Shown piece after piece: positions 9,437 to 18,849 of a DNA stretch of 64,000 bases (positions within the stretch are counted from its first letter, which is position 1; each line of letters opens with the position of its first letter). The stretch covers positions 314 through 64,313 of the forward strand of contig JBHLLF010000017.1 of assembly GCA_048885865.1 (NCBI GenBank). Reading direction: 5' to 3'. The stretch comes from Candidatus Hermodarchaeota archaeon (GTDB lineage: Archaea > Asgardarchaeota > Thorarchaeia > Thorarchaeales > Thorarchaeaceae). Both the position numbers and the translations under genes were made by a program. Below the pieces are notes generated by a model. That model was not told the DNA's origin. It made no database searches and saw nothing but the letters and a program-made list of their open reading frames with translations.

Positions 9437-10801
9437 CTAAGATGATTGAAGTTCTTTCAGAATCTCCTTGGCACGTTCGACTTTGACCATCTTCTCCTTG
9501 ATGAGTTGCTCAGCAATCTTGTCAACCAAATCGCCTCTTGCGCCAGCAGTGGCAGCAACGTTTCTTGCATGAAGCGACATGTGGCCTTTCTGTATGCCCT
9601 CAGATGCCAGAGCCCTTAATGCAGCGAGGTTCTGAGCCAGTCCAACGCTGGCGATGACTCTGCCAAGTTCTGTTGCTGTTTCAACTCCAAGAATCTTTAC
9701 ACATGCCCTTGCAACCGGATGGACTTTTGTGGCTCCTCCAACAAGTCCCACGGCCATGGGAATCTTAATACTTCCAACAAGATGGCCATCCTTCGACTTT
9801 TCGTATTCTGTCAAAGAGCTGTATCCATCTACTGCGGCATAGCTGTGTGCTCCAGCTTCAATCGCCCTGAAGTCATTACCTGTTGCAATTACTACCGCAT
9901 CAATGCCGTTCATTATCCCTTTGTTATGGGTTGAACACCGATAGGGATCTGCTTCTGCAAAAGCCCAAGCTGCAATTATCCCGTCAACCACCTCTTCTCC
10001 GCCAAGTAGCTCCCTATCAAATATAGCAGAAGACCTAACTACTCTCAGGTCCGCGAGGTTAGAGAGAATTCGGAGAAGGACTTTCCCACCACTTATCGTT
10101 TCAATGCGCGGAGCAAGGGCCTCCGCCATCGTATTAACTGCGTTCGCTCCCATGGCATCTCTCGTATCAACGATGAGTTCTGTGATAACCATAGGCCCAA
10201 CCTTAGTATCTATGACCTTTACTCTGAGGTCTCTTGCACCTCCCCCGAACCTAACCAGGATAGGATCCTGTTCATTTGCGAGGGCTATGAGGTCATCCTT
10301 TGCCTCAAGGATCTTGTCTTTCGCCGCAAATGGCTTTGGAACTTCAACCGCCTGTATCTGACCGATCATGACGGGACCTGTATCTTCTGCGGAGAACCCG
10401 CCGTGTGGTCTTGTCATCCGCGCTGCATTACTTGCGGCCGCGACCACTGACGGCTCTTCCAAGGCCATTGGAATCAAGTAGTCCTTTTCATTTATCCTGA
10501 AGTTTGTCGCGATTCCAAGTGGCATAGTCATAGACCCAATGACATTCTCAATCATATGGTCAAGAACTTCCATGTCAACTGTGCCAGGATCAAAGAGAGG
10601 CTTGAGTTCATCTTCTGGGATTCCAGTAATCTCTTGGATTTTCCTTGCTCTCTCTTCTCGCGTTAGCTTATAGAAACCTGGGATTCGTGAGTCCTCTACC
10701 AAGGTATCTCCCTCTCCCGGACACAGTGCCATGGCCATAAAAAGGATGCTCAACAGCATAGATAATGCAGCAGATGTTATCCTGACCATATTCTTGGTCA
10801 A
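9437..10801 (-). CDS. hmgA: Hydroxymethylglutaryl-CoA reductase, class II type
   Basis: Motifs: ENVIGSMTMPLGIATNFRINEKDYLIPMALEEPSVVAAASNAARM (the EEPS[IV]VAAAS signature of class II enzymes), DAMGANAVNTMAE and GGATKVHP. The catalytic core begins near DSRIPGF. The real start is probably ATG at 10738/10732 rather than TTG at 10801. Confidence 0.9.
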   Translation of the reverse strand: MTKNMVRITSAALSMLLSILFMAMALCPGEGDTLVEDSRIPGFYKLTREERARKIQEITGIPEDELKPLFDPGTVDMEVLDHMIENVIGSMTMPLGIATNFRINEKDYLIPMALEEPSVVAAASNAARMTRPHGGFSAEDTGPVMIGQIQAVEVPKPFAAKDKILEAKDDLIALANEQDPILVRFGGGARDLRVKVIDTKVGPMVITELIVDTRDAMGANAVNTMAEALAPRIETISGGKVLLRILSNLADLRVVRSSAIFDRELLGGEEVVDGIIAAWAFAEADPYRCSTHNKGIMNGIDAVVIATGNDFRAIEAGAHSYAAVDGYSSLTEYEKSKDGHLVGSIKIPMAVGLVGGATKVHPVARACVKILGVETATELGRVIASVGLAQNLAALRALASEGIQKGHMSLHARNVAATAGARGDLVDKIAEQLIKEKMVKVERAKEILKELQSS

Positions 10802-10864
10802 ACTAGTGTATCCTGTTCGATGGATTAATTACTTTAATAGACCTCTAAATGCTGAGTTGGTGGT

Positions 10865-11626
10865 TTGAATCATAGGGGAACATGGTCAGGAATTCTTATG
10901 GCAATTCTAGTTCTTGTTCCTATTTGGATGGCTGAAGCAACTATCAATCATGGATTATATTGGGGAATTGAAGTTGATGATAGGTTCGACTACAACTATA
11001 CGGAACTGGGATGGAGTGCTGATGGAACTAGATACCTAGATCACAGCCTAGACTACTATGTTGTTGTTGACAGTCTCCCTAGTATTCCTGTAAATGTCAC
11101 AGAGATTCCGAAAATATCTGCTACAGTCGCCCATGTGGTGAACATCTACTTTTCATTCTATTTCATGAACGGTACTGAGATTACAGGCGACATTATTTTT
11201 TGGCATGGAAATTTGCGTTGGTCTGCATATCCTGTTGGAAATTGGAGCTTGGTCGAAGAATGCACGATTGATAGGACGTACAGGTTTGATAGATCTTCAC
11301 TTCTTGCAGAAATGAATACTACCATTAGTTTCCCAGTAGATATCGAGATAATTGACACAGAAACTGAATGGGGATTAATCACCTCTGTGGAACTCAATAG
11401 CTTAGGTATTCACATTCAAAATGAAACTGTGAAGTATTCCAAGGCGGATGGTGCACTCAACCTCTTTGAGATGAACTGCCTCTTACAAAACGGCGATTAT
11501 CTGACCTTCAGAGCCTCTCGTACAGGTGGAGGAGTCGATAGTATGGTTCTGCTTGGAATAGGTGCAGTTACGATCGGATTAGCCGCATTTGTGGCGGCTA
11601 TACTCAAGAAGAGAGGCGTCAGATGA
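10865..11626 (+). CDS. Small anchored surface glycoprotein candidate (signal peptide, sequon-rich, C-terminal TM plus KKR)
   Basis: N-terminus is GILMAILVLVPIWMAEA. Sequons include NYT, NVT, NGT, NWS, NTT and NET. Tail is TGGGVDSMVLLGIGAVTIGLAAFVAAILKKRGVR. Confidence 0.65.
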   Translation: MNHRGTWSGILMAILVLVPIWMAEATINHGLYWGIEVDDRFDYNYTELGWSADGTRYLDHSLDYYVVVDSLPSIPVNVTEIPKISATVAHVVNIYFSFYFMNGTEITGDIIFWHGNLRWSAYPVGNWSLVEECTIDRTYRFDRSSLLAEMNTTISFPVDIEIIDTETEWGLITSVELNSLGIHIQNETVKYSKADGALNLFEMNCLLQNGDYLTFRASRTGGGVDSMVLLGIGAVTIGLAAFVAAILKKRGVR

Positions 11627-12066
11627 GCTTGAGACGGATCCCCCTCTTCGCTGAGCAACTACCGACCAATGTCGGTAGAAATCTTAAGCCAAGCCAATTC
11701 CACCAAACTCTCATGACGCAAATCATTGCTCCATGTGGAATCGACTGTGTTGAGTGTGAGGCTTACAAAGCAACAAAAGCTGACGACTGGGAAGAACTTG
11801 CACGGATTGCAGAGTCTTGGTCTGAAGACGAAGACACAGCGTATGAACCAAAGGACATGCTCTGTGATGGCTGCTTTGGACCTCGTATCAATGGTTCCTG
11901 TGTAACCTGCGATGTTCGGAAATGCGCTCTTAATCAAGGATTTCATCTCTGCTCCAACTGTGAGGATTACACCTGCCCAACTCTCGAGAAGCTATGGAAG
12001 AGCTTCTCGAGTCATGATATTGATGACTTGAAGGAGCGTCTCTTGATGGCCAAGTTTGCAATCTAG
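11623..12066 (+). CDS. DUF3795-type cysteine-rich metal-binding protein
   Basis: Motifs CGIDCVECEAY, CDGC and CVTCDVRKCALNQGFHLCSNCEDYTCP match the DUF3795 pattern. ATG at 11623 overlaps the upstream stop (ATGA). An internal ATG at 11713 sits immediately before the first Cys motif and may be the true start. Confidence 0.7.
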   Translation: MSLRRIPLFAEQLPTNVGRNLKPSQFHQTLMTQIIAPCGIDCVECEAYKATKADDWEELARIAESWSEDEDTAYEPKDMLCDGCFGPRINGSCVTCDVRKCALNQGFHLCSNCEDYTCPTLEKLWKSFSSHDIDDLKERLLMAKFAI

Positions 12067-12129
12067 AGAAGAATATCGTTCCTGTATCTGGGACCATACG
12101 TTTAAGTCGGGTGCACTCAAGCATGCGAA

Positions 12130-13650
12130 TTGGTTGTATCTATGAGTTCCGAGAGAGACTTTGGCGAGATTGTGACTGGACTCTGCAAGAAGAGGGGCTT
12201 CTTCTGGGGCCCTTCGCCCGAGATATATGGAGGCAGTTCTGGACTCTACGATCTTGGACCTCTGGGCAAGCTACTGAAGAATAGACTCGAAGACAGAATT
12301 AGATCCTCATTTGTGAGAGCTGACTTCTGGGAGGTGGAGTGCCCAACAGTATCACCTGCCATTGTCTGGAGGGCCTCGGGTCATCTAGAAGGTTTTATCG
12401 ATCCCGTCGTTCAGTGTACAAAGTGTCAGGAAGTATTTCGAGCTGACACACTCATTGAGGAGCAAGCGCCAGACGCGAACATCAAGGGTCAGACGCCTGA
12501 GGAGCTGACAGAATCAATCAAGAAACACGGTATCAGGTGTCCATCCTGCAAAGGAGAAGTCGGCGATGTGACACAGTACAACCTCATGCTCAAGACTCGC
12601 CTTGGAATTGATACTGAAGCCTACATGAGGCCGGAAACCGCAACTTCAACTTACCTGCTATTCAAGCGATTCCTCACATTCTTTCGCGACAAGCTTCCGG
12701 CATCAGTCTTTCAGATTGGGAAGGCATACAGGAATGAAATCTCGCCAAGACAGGGTATGCTAAGGCTCCGGGAGTTCACACAGGTTGAGGGTCAGATTTT
12801 TCTGCTCGAGAAAGATGAGATGGAATGGCCACCTTATGAGGAGGTCAAAGACTTCAAGCTCCCTCTTCTCCCCTATCAGACTCAGGAGAATGACAGCGAG
12901 AAGGTGTCAAAGACTAAGATGTCAGCAGCTCTGAAAAAGGGCTATTTCCAAAAGCCTGCCTATGCATGGTGTGTTTATCTTGCATATCAAATCTTCAAGG
13001 GCATGGGCTTCCGCGATGAGAACATTCGCCTTCGACAGCACCTTCCCACGGAGAGAGCTCATTATGCAGCTGATGCATGGGATGTCGAGATCGACACACA
13101 GAGCTATGGATGGGTAGAGTGCTGTGGAGTTCATGACAGGGGCAATTATGACTTGAGTCGACATCAGGAATACTCCAAGGAGAAGTTGAGCATCAAAATT
13201 GACAAGCAGCCAGTCGTTCCTGAAGTCTTGGAGATTGCCTTTGGTGTTGAGCGACCATTATTCAGCATAATAGACAATTCCTATGTTGAAGACAAAGAGC
13301 GGACTTGGCTCAGATTCCCTCCAGAGATTGCACCAATTCAGGTTGCAGTGTTCCCACTCATGGGCAAGGACGAGCTACTTGGACCAGCTAGAGAGATATA
13401 TGATGAGATAATGGATAGCGGTCTAATCACATACTTTGACCATAGTGGCTCCATCGGAAGACGCTACAGACGACAGGATGAAGTTGGCACTCCTTACTGT
13501 GTTACCGTAGACTATCAGTCATTGGAGGACCAGACTGTTACTGTGCGAGACCGGGATAGCATGGAACAGGTTCGAGTGAGAACCAGTGACCTTATTGGGG
13601 TTCTGAAACAACTCGTAAAGGGAGAACATCAATTTGCCTCTCTGAAGTAA
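12130..13650 (+). CDS. glyS: Glycine--tRNA ligase, archaeal/eukaryotic dimeric type
   Basis: Motifs: FFWGPSPEIYGGSSGLYDLGPLG, RPETATSTYLLF, GKAYRNEISPRQGMLRLREFTQVEGQIF (class II motif 2 region) and FGVERPLF. Start is TTG 12130 or ATG 12142. Confidence 0.9.
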   Translation: MVVSMSSERDFGEIVTGLCKKRGFFWGPSPEIYGGSSGLYDLGPLGKLLKNRLEDRIRSSFVRADFWEVECPTVSPAIVWRASGHLEGFIDPVVQCTKCQEVFRADTLIEEQAPDANIKGQTPEELTESIKKHGIRCPSCKGEVGDVTQYNLMLKTRLGIDTEAYMRPETATSTYLLFKRFLTFFRDKLPASVFQIGKAYRNEISPRQGMLRLREFTQVEGQIFLLEKDEMEWPPYEEVKDFKLPLLPYQTQENDSEKVSKTKMSAALKKGYFQKPAYAWCVYLAYQIFKGMGFRDENIRLRQHLPTERAHYAADAWDVEIDTQSYGWVECCGVHDRGNYDLSRHQEYSKEKLSIKIDKQPVVPEVLEIAFGVERPLFSIIDNSYVEDKERTWLRFPPEIAPIQVAVFPLMGKDELLGPAREIYDEIMDSGLITYFDHSGSIGRRYRRQDEVGTPYCVTVDYQSLEDQTVTVRDRDSMEQVRVRTSDLIGVLKQLVKGEHQFASLK

Positions 13651-13714
13651 GCGGGACTTCTACTTTCTGGGGAAAGAGAGATAAGGTCCCCAAGCATCAT
13701 AGAGCAAAGAGAGG

Positions 13715-14170
13715 GTGTCAATGAGCGAGACTACTGAACCAGTTCAAATCAAGACCGTTCTCGTCGCAGTGGATGGCTCTGACTACTCGGATAAGGCTGT
13801 TCGATATGCATGTGCTATCGGACCAAAGCTGGGAGCAGAGGTAGTCCTTCTTCATGTTGTGCCGATGCTGGTTTCTGCTACCCCATACCATGATACTGTG
13901 TCGGATCAGCCATTCCTTGCTCTCCAAAAGGTAGGAGAGGACATCCTCGCGAAGGCCAAGAAAATCGCAGTCGGTTTGGGATGCGAGGTCACCGAACTCA
14001 TATCTCATGGTGATCCTGCGAACAAAATCGTCGATATCGCTTGTGAGCGTGAGGTGGAACTGATCATCATGGGCTCCAGAGGAGTTAGTGGCATCAAACG
14101 ATTGTTTGTGGGCTCGATAAGCGACAAAGTCGTCAATCATGCGCCTTGTCCGGTGATGATTGTTAGATAG
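13715..14170 (+). CDS. Universal stress protein (UspA family)
   Basis: Motifs: VLVAVDGSDYSDKAVRYA, MGSRGVSGIKRLFVGSISDKVVNHAPCPVMIV. Start is GTG 13715 or ATG 13721. Confidence 0.85.
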   Translation: MSMSETTEPVQIKTVLVAVDGSDYSDKAVRYACAIGPKLGAEVVLLHVVPMLVSATPYHDTVSDQPFLALQKVGEDILAKAKKIAVGLGCEVTELISHGDPANKIVDIACEREVELIIMGSRGVSGIKRLFVGSISDKVVNHAPCPVMIVR

Positions 14171-15476
14171 TCCGTCAACACGCTGCGCTTGGTGGGCGTT
14201 CCTAGTGGTGAAGAGTCCCAGATACGGTGTTTCGGTTGACCTCGGCACGTCTCAAATCACTATGCACCTTGTTGACTTGAATGCTGGGTTGATTGCCGAT
14301 TCCAAATTAGTTCCTAATCCGCAGATTGAATTTGGTTTGGATGTGATTTCAAGAATTGGCTTCCGTCGGAAAAGTGAGACGAACGCCCAACTGGTCACAG
14401 ATGTTGCGAGAACTGCTGTTTCTACTGGAATACTCGAGATGATATCACAAACTAATGTAGATCCCAACTCGGTAAGACTTGTAGTCCTTGTGGGCAACAC
14501 AGTGATGCATCATTTGTTCTATGGACTCTCTACCAAATCGCTTCTAGCTCCTCCATTTCGTGCTACGGGTAAGGATGCCATATCCGTTCCCGCTCTGGAA
14601 GTTGGGCTTCAACTGGGTGAGGGTGCCCTATGCTATTCCCCACCAATTGTTGAGTCCTTTATTGGTCCTGATGCCTTGATGCTGCTTATCGTATCTGGTG
14701 CCTTGGATTCCGAACAGAATCTCGTTGCGATTGATGTCGGAACTAATACTGAGATTGCAGTCCGTAGTCCAAGAGGTCTTTGGATGGCGTCGGCTGCATC
14801 AGGCCCAGCATTTGAAGGCATGTCGCTCACTTGCGGAGTTCCCGGAGAAAACGGTGCAATTGCTGGCGTTGAATTGGGGGAGACTCACGAACCAAGGATT
14901 GCTGTAATAGGAGGCGGCAATCCTAAGGGGATCTGTGGATCTGGTGCTATATCAGCTCTGGCCAGTCTTCGTAATACAGACTTGATGAACGCGAAAGGAT
15001 CTATTCGTCGGGATGTTTCGTTTGAATGGCTGAAAATAGTACCAGGCGGACCACAGCTACTATTGGCCAATGCGTTTAGGTCTGAAACCAAGAAGCCTAT
15101 TTTCTTATCACAATCAGATGTTAGAATGCTCCAACAGTCAAAAGCTGCCATTGCTGGCGCTATGCGACTCTTGTTGCGAAAGGCCAAGTGTTCGGCGTCT
15201 GAGGTCAGCCAATTCTTCCTAACAGGTGCATTTGGTACTGCGCTGAATCTGGAAGATGCCTTCCAAATTGGCCTGTTTCCCCGTTTTGAGAATGCTCATT
15301 TCCAGCAATTTGAGGGAGGAGCTATAGCGGGTGCAGACATGATTTTAAAAGATTCCAGACTCCGCTCCAAGATTGAAGCAGCACCTGAGAGAATTAGCTA
15401 CATCGAGTTGACGGATAATCCTGAGTTTCAGGAGTACTACCTAAAATCCCAACATTTCATACCTATCTCTGATTAA
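14160..15476 (+). CDS. ASKHA-fold ATPase, DUF4445 / RACo C-terminal-domain-like, without the ferredoxin domain
   Basis: Motifs: GVSVDLGTSQITMHLVD, AIDVGTNTEIAV, AASGPAFEG, GICGSGAISALA. The start is uncertain: TTG 14160 overlaps the USP gene, and GTG at 14205/14208 are alternatives. Confidence 0.7.
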   Translation: MLDSPSTRCAWWAFLVVKSPRYGVSVDLGTSQITMHLVDLNAGLIADSKLVPNPQIEFGLDVISRIGFRRKSETNAQLVTDVARTAVSTGILEMISQTNVDPNSVRLVVLVGNTVMHHLFYGLSTKSLLAPPFRATGKDAISVPALEVGLQLGEGALCYSPPIVESFIGPDALMLLIVSGALDSEQNLVAIDVGTNTEIAVRSPRGLWMASAASGPAFEGMSLTCGVPGENGAIAGVELGETHEPRIAVIGGGNPKGICGSGAISALASLRNTDLMNAKGSIRRDVSFEWLKIVPGGPQLLLANAFRSETKKPIFLSQSDVRMLQQSKAAIAGAMRLLLRKAKCSASEVSQFFLTGAFGTALNLEDAFQIGLFPRFENAHFQQFEGGAIAGADMILKDSRLRSKIEAAPERISYIELTDNPEFQEYYLKSQHFIPISD

Positions 15477-15970
15477 TAGACTAAATCGTCTGAGTCAAAT
15501 TCCTCTCCATCTCTAATACGCGAGGAGGATAGTGGTTTCCCATCGGGAGTCCTGACTCTTGGAATGACAATTACGTGAAATCGTTTGAGTCCCTTTTTGA
15601 TTCGCTTGTCGTTAATCACAAAAGCATTCTCAACGACTTTGATTTCGTCAGACACAATAAGGGCTTCGAGATCCTCCATTTCGTCTGCTCCGCCCTCCAT
15701 GGTTTCTATTGGAAAGATGGAGCATTTATCTATGATCTGCTCCTCTCTCAGGAATGCCTCCAGAACACCATGTCTCTGTGAATAGCTCTGGACTAGGTGC
15801 CTCTTGGATTTTGAATCAAGCATTCTGTCAGAGGTCAATCCAATAGCTAACCTTTTTCCTAGTTTACTTGCCGTACGAAGCAAATGCTTGTGTCCTTCAT
15901 GCAAATGGTCAAATGTACCGGCAAATACTACTTTTCCATATGGCCCTGCGTTGTCCTGCAGTTTCAACAC
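15473..15970 (-). CDS. coaD: Phosphopantetheine adenylyltransferase, archaeal/eukaryotic type (cytidylyltransferase family)
   Basis: AGTFDHLHEGHKHLL (the HxGH motif) and a C-terminal SSSRIR motif; length of 165 aa fits. The stop overlaps the stop of the convergent gene (shared TTAA at 15473-15476). Confidence 0.8.
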   Translation of the reverse strand: MLKLQDNAGPYGKVVFAGTFDHLHEGHKHLLRTASKLGKRLAIGLTSDRMLDSKSKRHLVQSYSQRHGVLEAFLREEQIIDKCSIFPIETMEGGADEMEDLEALIVSDEIKVVENAFVINDKRIKKGLKRFHVIVIPRVRTPDGKPLSSSRIRDGEEFDSDDLVY

Positions 15971-16040
15971 ACCCCTGAGTATGGCTGGTTCTGACCCTTA
16001 CAAGAACAGTACTTCTCTGTTGTGGATTATGTCTGAGCCG

Positions 16041-18041
16041 TTATGCTGACTCAGTCTCCTTTGATTCCACGAGGCCCGCTTCAGTCAGGTCTTCCACAAT
16101 CTCCACCAAAATTTTGATTTCGAAGTCTCCGAATTGGAAGCAAAGCGAGTCCCATATCTCATCCAAAGTAGTCCATTCTTCAGATAGGTTTACTATCTCA
16201 TCGATTCGTTCGTACAAGCGGTCCAATGATTTTTGAAGCTCCAGGTATCTAGGTGTCTTGTGCACCATCTTGTTGGCCAAGTAACTAATATTGATTGGAT
16301 ACTTGACCTTGCGGCGAACTGCAAAGCCTAGCGAAACTGTGTCCACAATCAGTTGGTCATCCTTTTGAGCTTCCAGACCCACCTCAACACAAGCGCCCTC
16401 ATAGGCCTTTCTCGCTACAACCATCTCCGTTGTATAGACCATTTTGAGACTTGTTTTGAGCGCTTCCAAGAACGATTTCTGTTCTGAAATCAGATTCCAC
16501 TCCTCAGCTGCAACATCTAGTGTAGCTTGGCCCAGGTCGTGTGCGCGACCTAGCCATCTCAAGGCTTTGGGGTAGATCTCCTCGGGGTCTCCTAGGCATT
16601 GAGACAGCTTCCAGACACTCTCATGAGAAACCTTTCGCATAAGCTCTACAGCCTCATCTCTTGCCCAAGTAAGCAGGATCTCTCTGCAAACATGTTTCGG
16701 GAGCATGTAGGTGAGAGACGATAATACTGCAATTCTCGAAACATACGCCATCTGGTTTGGGTCGATTTTCTCTATGGTATCTGTTGATGTATGATAGAAT
16801 CTGTCCGGGCTCTGGTTCAACATGACCGCTGGAATTCCAACAGTCTTGTCGGTAAACATGAAATGATCACTTCCTGCAGAGTAGATGGAATAATCAAATG
16901 GAAGTGGTGTCATGGTTCCTCCTAGCGATCTGTCAATCTTTCGCTTCCCTTCTTTCTCAAGCCAGTATCTGACAACATTATTGAAGGTTGTAGGCAACGA
17001 GAAAGGAGTTCTGAACAAATGAAGCACTGAGCCTGACTTTGCGGGATCTGCGCCAACCATGTCTAAATTGAGAACTGCGAGACATTTGCCTAGGATGGAT
17101 TTCTCGTTCTGGATGAACTCAATGGTTCCCGACCACTCAGGAACCCATAGGAATCGGAGCGAGCATTCGGGCTTTGGGATGATTCCCTCACGAATCATGT
17201 CTGAAATCACTCTCAGCGTTTCCATGAGTGCACCACTACCTGATGCATTGTCATTAGCTCCTTCATGAGGATGGCAAACATGCGCGATCAGCCAGAATTC
17301 TTTGCTTGCATCTTTCCCTTCTATTAGTGCTGAAAGGACCGAAGTCTTCCCTGTCTTAAGGGCGGCGTCAACTTTCGCCCGTACCTTGACGGTCCTTCCA
17401 TTCTCGAGAAAGCCCTTCAGCTCCAGTCCATCCCTTTGTCGTAGCGAGAATCCAAAAGCACCAGTCTTCCCTTCCTCTGCTTCTGGCCAAAATGCGTCAT
17501 ATCTTCGAAGGCTAGCAATTTCGTCTTGACCTGAAGGTGGAACATAGGTTAGTAGACCGGCAGCTCCGCCCATGACACACAGAGGTTTGAATGCTATACG
17601 CGCTAGATTCTCTGTCAGCACTATCTTGCCTTTGATGTCTTTCTCTTTCAGGTCTTCAGGTGACAATGCTTTTCCAATGTAGACAACTTCAGATTCAATC
17701 TCGGCGCTGACTGAATGAGCAATGAGTGAGATTGGCTCCGCTTTGAAATCCGCCAACAGCTTCCGCTCCGGTTCCAGGAGTTCTAGAGTTCCAGAAGATG
17801 GGAACCAACCAAATGGCGCGACGAAAGTTTCTATCTGTCGTTTGCCATCCGCTGGATATTCATAGATCTCAACTTTCGCGTCAGAGACCTTGCCTATCTC
17901 GCCTTTTAGATAATTGATGGCTTCGAGGATCCCAGGGCTAGCCTGGATCCTATGGAACCTCGAAATTGATGCCACATAGTCCTTTGCTCGAATCCCAGAG
18001 ACCATCCTGTTGACAGCCTCGACCATCTCTTCTGGTAGCAT
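16041..18041 (-). CDS. M28-family aminopeptidase-like protein (DUF2172/DUF4910 architecture) with helical C-terminal domain
   Basis: Motifs typical of the M28 metal-binding core: HVCHPHEGANDNASGSGALMETLRVI, LRFLWVPEWSGT and LNLDMVGAD. Confidence 0.7.
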   Translation of the reverse strand: MLPEEMVEAVNRMVSGIRAKDYVASISRFHRIQASPGILEAINYLKGEIGKVSDAKVEIYEYPADGKRQIETFVAPFGWFPSSGTLELLEPERKLLADFKAEPISLIAHSVSAEIESEVVYIGKALSPEDLKEKDIKGKIVLTENLARIAFKPLCVMGGAAGLLTYVPPSGQDEIASLRRYDAFWPEAEEGKTGAFGFSLRQRDGLELKGFLENGRTVKVRAKVDAALKTGKTSVLSALIEGKDASKEFWLIAHVCHPHEGANDNASGSGALMETLRVISDMIREGIIPKPECSLRFLWVPEWSGTIEFIQNEKSILGKCLAVLNLDMVGADPAKSGSVLHLFRTPFSLPTTFNNVVRYWLEKEGKRKIDRSLGGTMTPLPFDYSIYSAGSDHFMFTDKTVGIPAVMLNQSPDRFYHTSTDTIEKIDPNQMAYVSRIAVLSSLTYMLPKHVCREILLTWARDEAVELMRKVSHESVWKLSQCLGDPEEIYPKALRWLGRAHDLGQATLDVAAEEWNLISEQKSFLEALKTSLKMVYTTEMVVARKAYEGACVEVGLEAQKDDQLIVDTVSLGFAVRRKVKYPINISYLANKMVHKTPRYLELQKSLDRLYERIDEIVNLSEEWTTLDEIWDSLCFQFGDFEIKILVEIVEDLTEAGLVESKETESA

Positions 18042-18094
18042 ATGGCGGTTTCACCAGAATATGCGAAGGAAAGGTGACATAAGTAGTATCCTAC

Positions 18095-18144
18095 TGAAGA
18101 AAAAGAAGGAGTAACGCCGGTTCACTGCATAAGTGGTGAACCGG
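18095..18144 (-). terminator. Hairpin plus T-tract downstream of the ferritin gene
   Basis: 9-bp stem CCGGTTCAC / GTGAACCGG (18117-18125 / 18136-18144). On the minus strand it is followed by ttactccttctttttcttca. Confidence 0.5.
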
Positions 18145-18165
18145 GCAATATCTCGACTTGATGAT

Positions 18166-18693
18166 TTAGGGAGCAAATGACTCGACTGGTGGAGCCGCGA
18201 CGGGCGGCCTGGCGCCAAGCTCTTGGTCAAGGTGGTAAAGACCTGGGATGTTGTCTCCAATGAACTTCAGTTTGTCACGAATTGTCATGGTCTTCTCTTC
18301 TTCCTCGACCTGTTCTGTATAGAACCAATGAAGCATAGTCAGTGCTGCACGATCGCCTTCCTTCTCAGCCAATTCACCTATCTTGTAGATTCGTGAGGTG
18401 ACAAGTTTTTCATGCTCGTAGGCGGTCTCCCAAGCCTCGAGGACGGACGCATAGTCCTTTTGGGGCTTCTGAATCTCCCTCAAATCGACTCTGCCACCGC
18501 GTTCAAAGATATGGCGATAGAACCGCATTGCATGATTGTATTCTTCAAAGAATTGCATCTCCATCCAATGTGCCATTCCGCTGAGGTTGATATCTTCAAA
18601 ATACGCGGCCATTCCCAAATAGATGTAGGCGCTATACAGCTCAAAGTTGAGCTGGTCATTCATCATCTCTTCTAGTTCCGTACTGATTTCCAC
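18166..18693 (-). CDS. ftn: Ferritin (non-heme, Ftn-like)
   Basis: MNDQLNFELYSAYIYLGMAAYFE and MAHWMEMQFFEEYNHAMRFYRHIFERGG give the di-iron ligand pattern. There is a short Pro/Ala-rich C-terminal extension. GTG start. Confidence 0.85.
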   Translation of the reverse strand: MEISTELEEMMNDQLNFELYSAYIYLGMAAYFEDINLSGMAHWMEMQFFEEYNHAMRFYRHIFERGGRVDLREIQKPQKDYASVLEAWETAYEHEKLVTSRIYKIGELAEKEGDRAALTMLHWFYTEQVEEEEKTMTIRDKLKFIGDNIPGLYHLDQELGARPPVAAPPVESFAP

Positions 18694-18734
18694 TGTACAT
18701 TCCTCAACACACTTGTTGATTCAAGCCATCTTAA

Positions 18735-18755
18735 TTAACTATAGTATATAAGTCT
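18735..18755. promoter_or_regulatory. TATA-like element in a divergent promoter region (ferritin / 934-aa membrane protein)
   Basis: ttaattaACTATAGTATATAAg lies 42-59 nt upstream of the ferritin start and about 100 nt upstream of the 18850 start. Orientation is not resolvable by eye. Confidence 0.35.
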
Positions 18756-18849
18756 CATCATAAGGAGAAATGGGCTGAGTCTGTCCAACGAAGCTTTTTG
18801 AGTTGGCTCCGATTTGTTTGAGTTCTATAGCTAGACTAGGTGCTATGAT

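Noticed and set aside
10720-10801. Possible lipoprotein signal (FMAMALC) at the N-terminus of HMG-CoA reductase
   Set aside because: Residues before the Cys do not fit a lipobox (Leu at -1). The enzyme is cytosolic in all known class II cases. An artefactual 5' extension from a TTG start is more likely.
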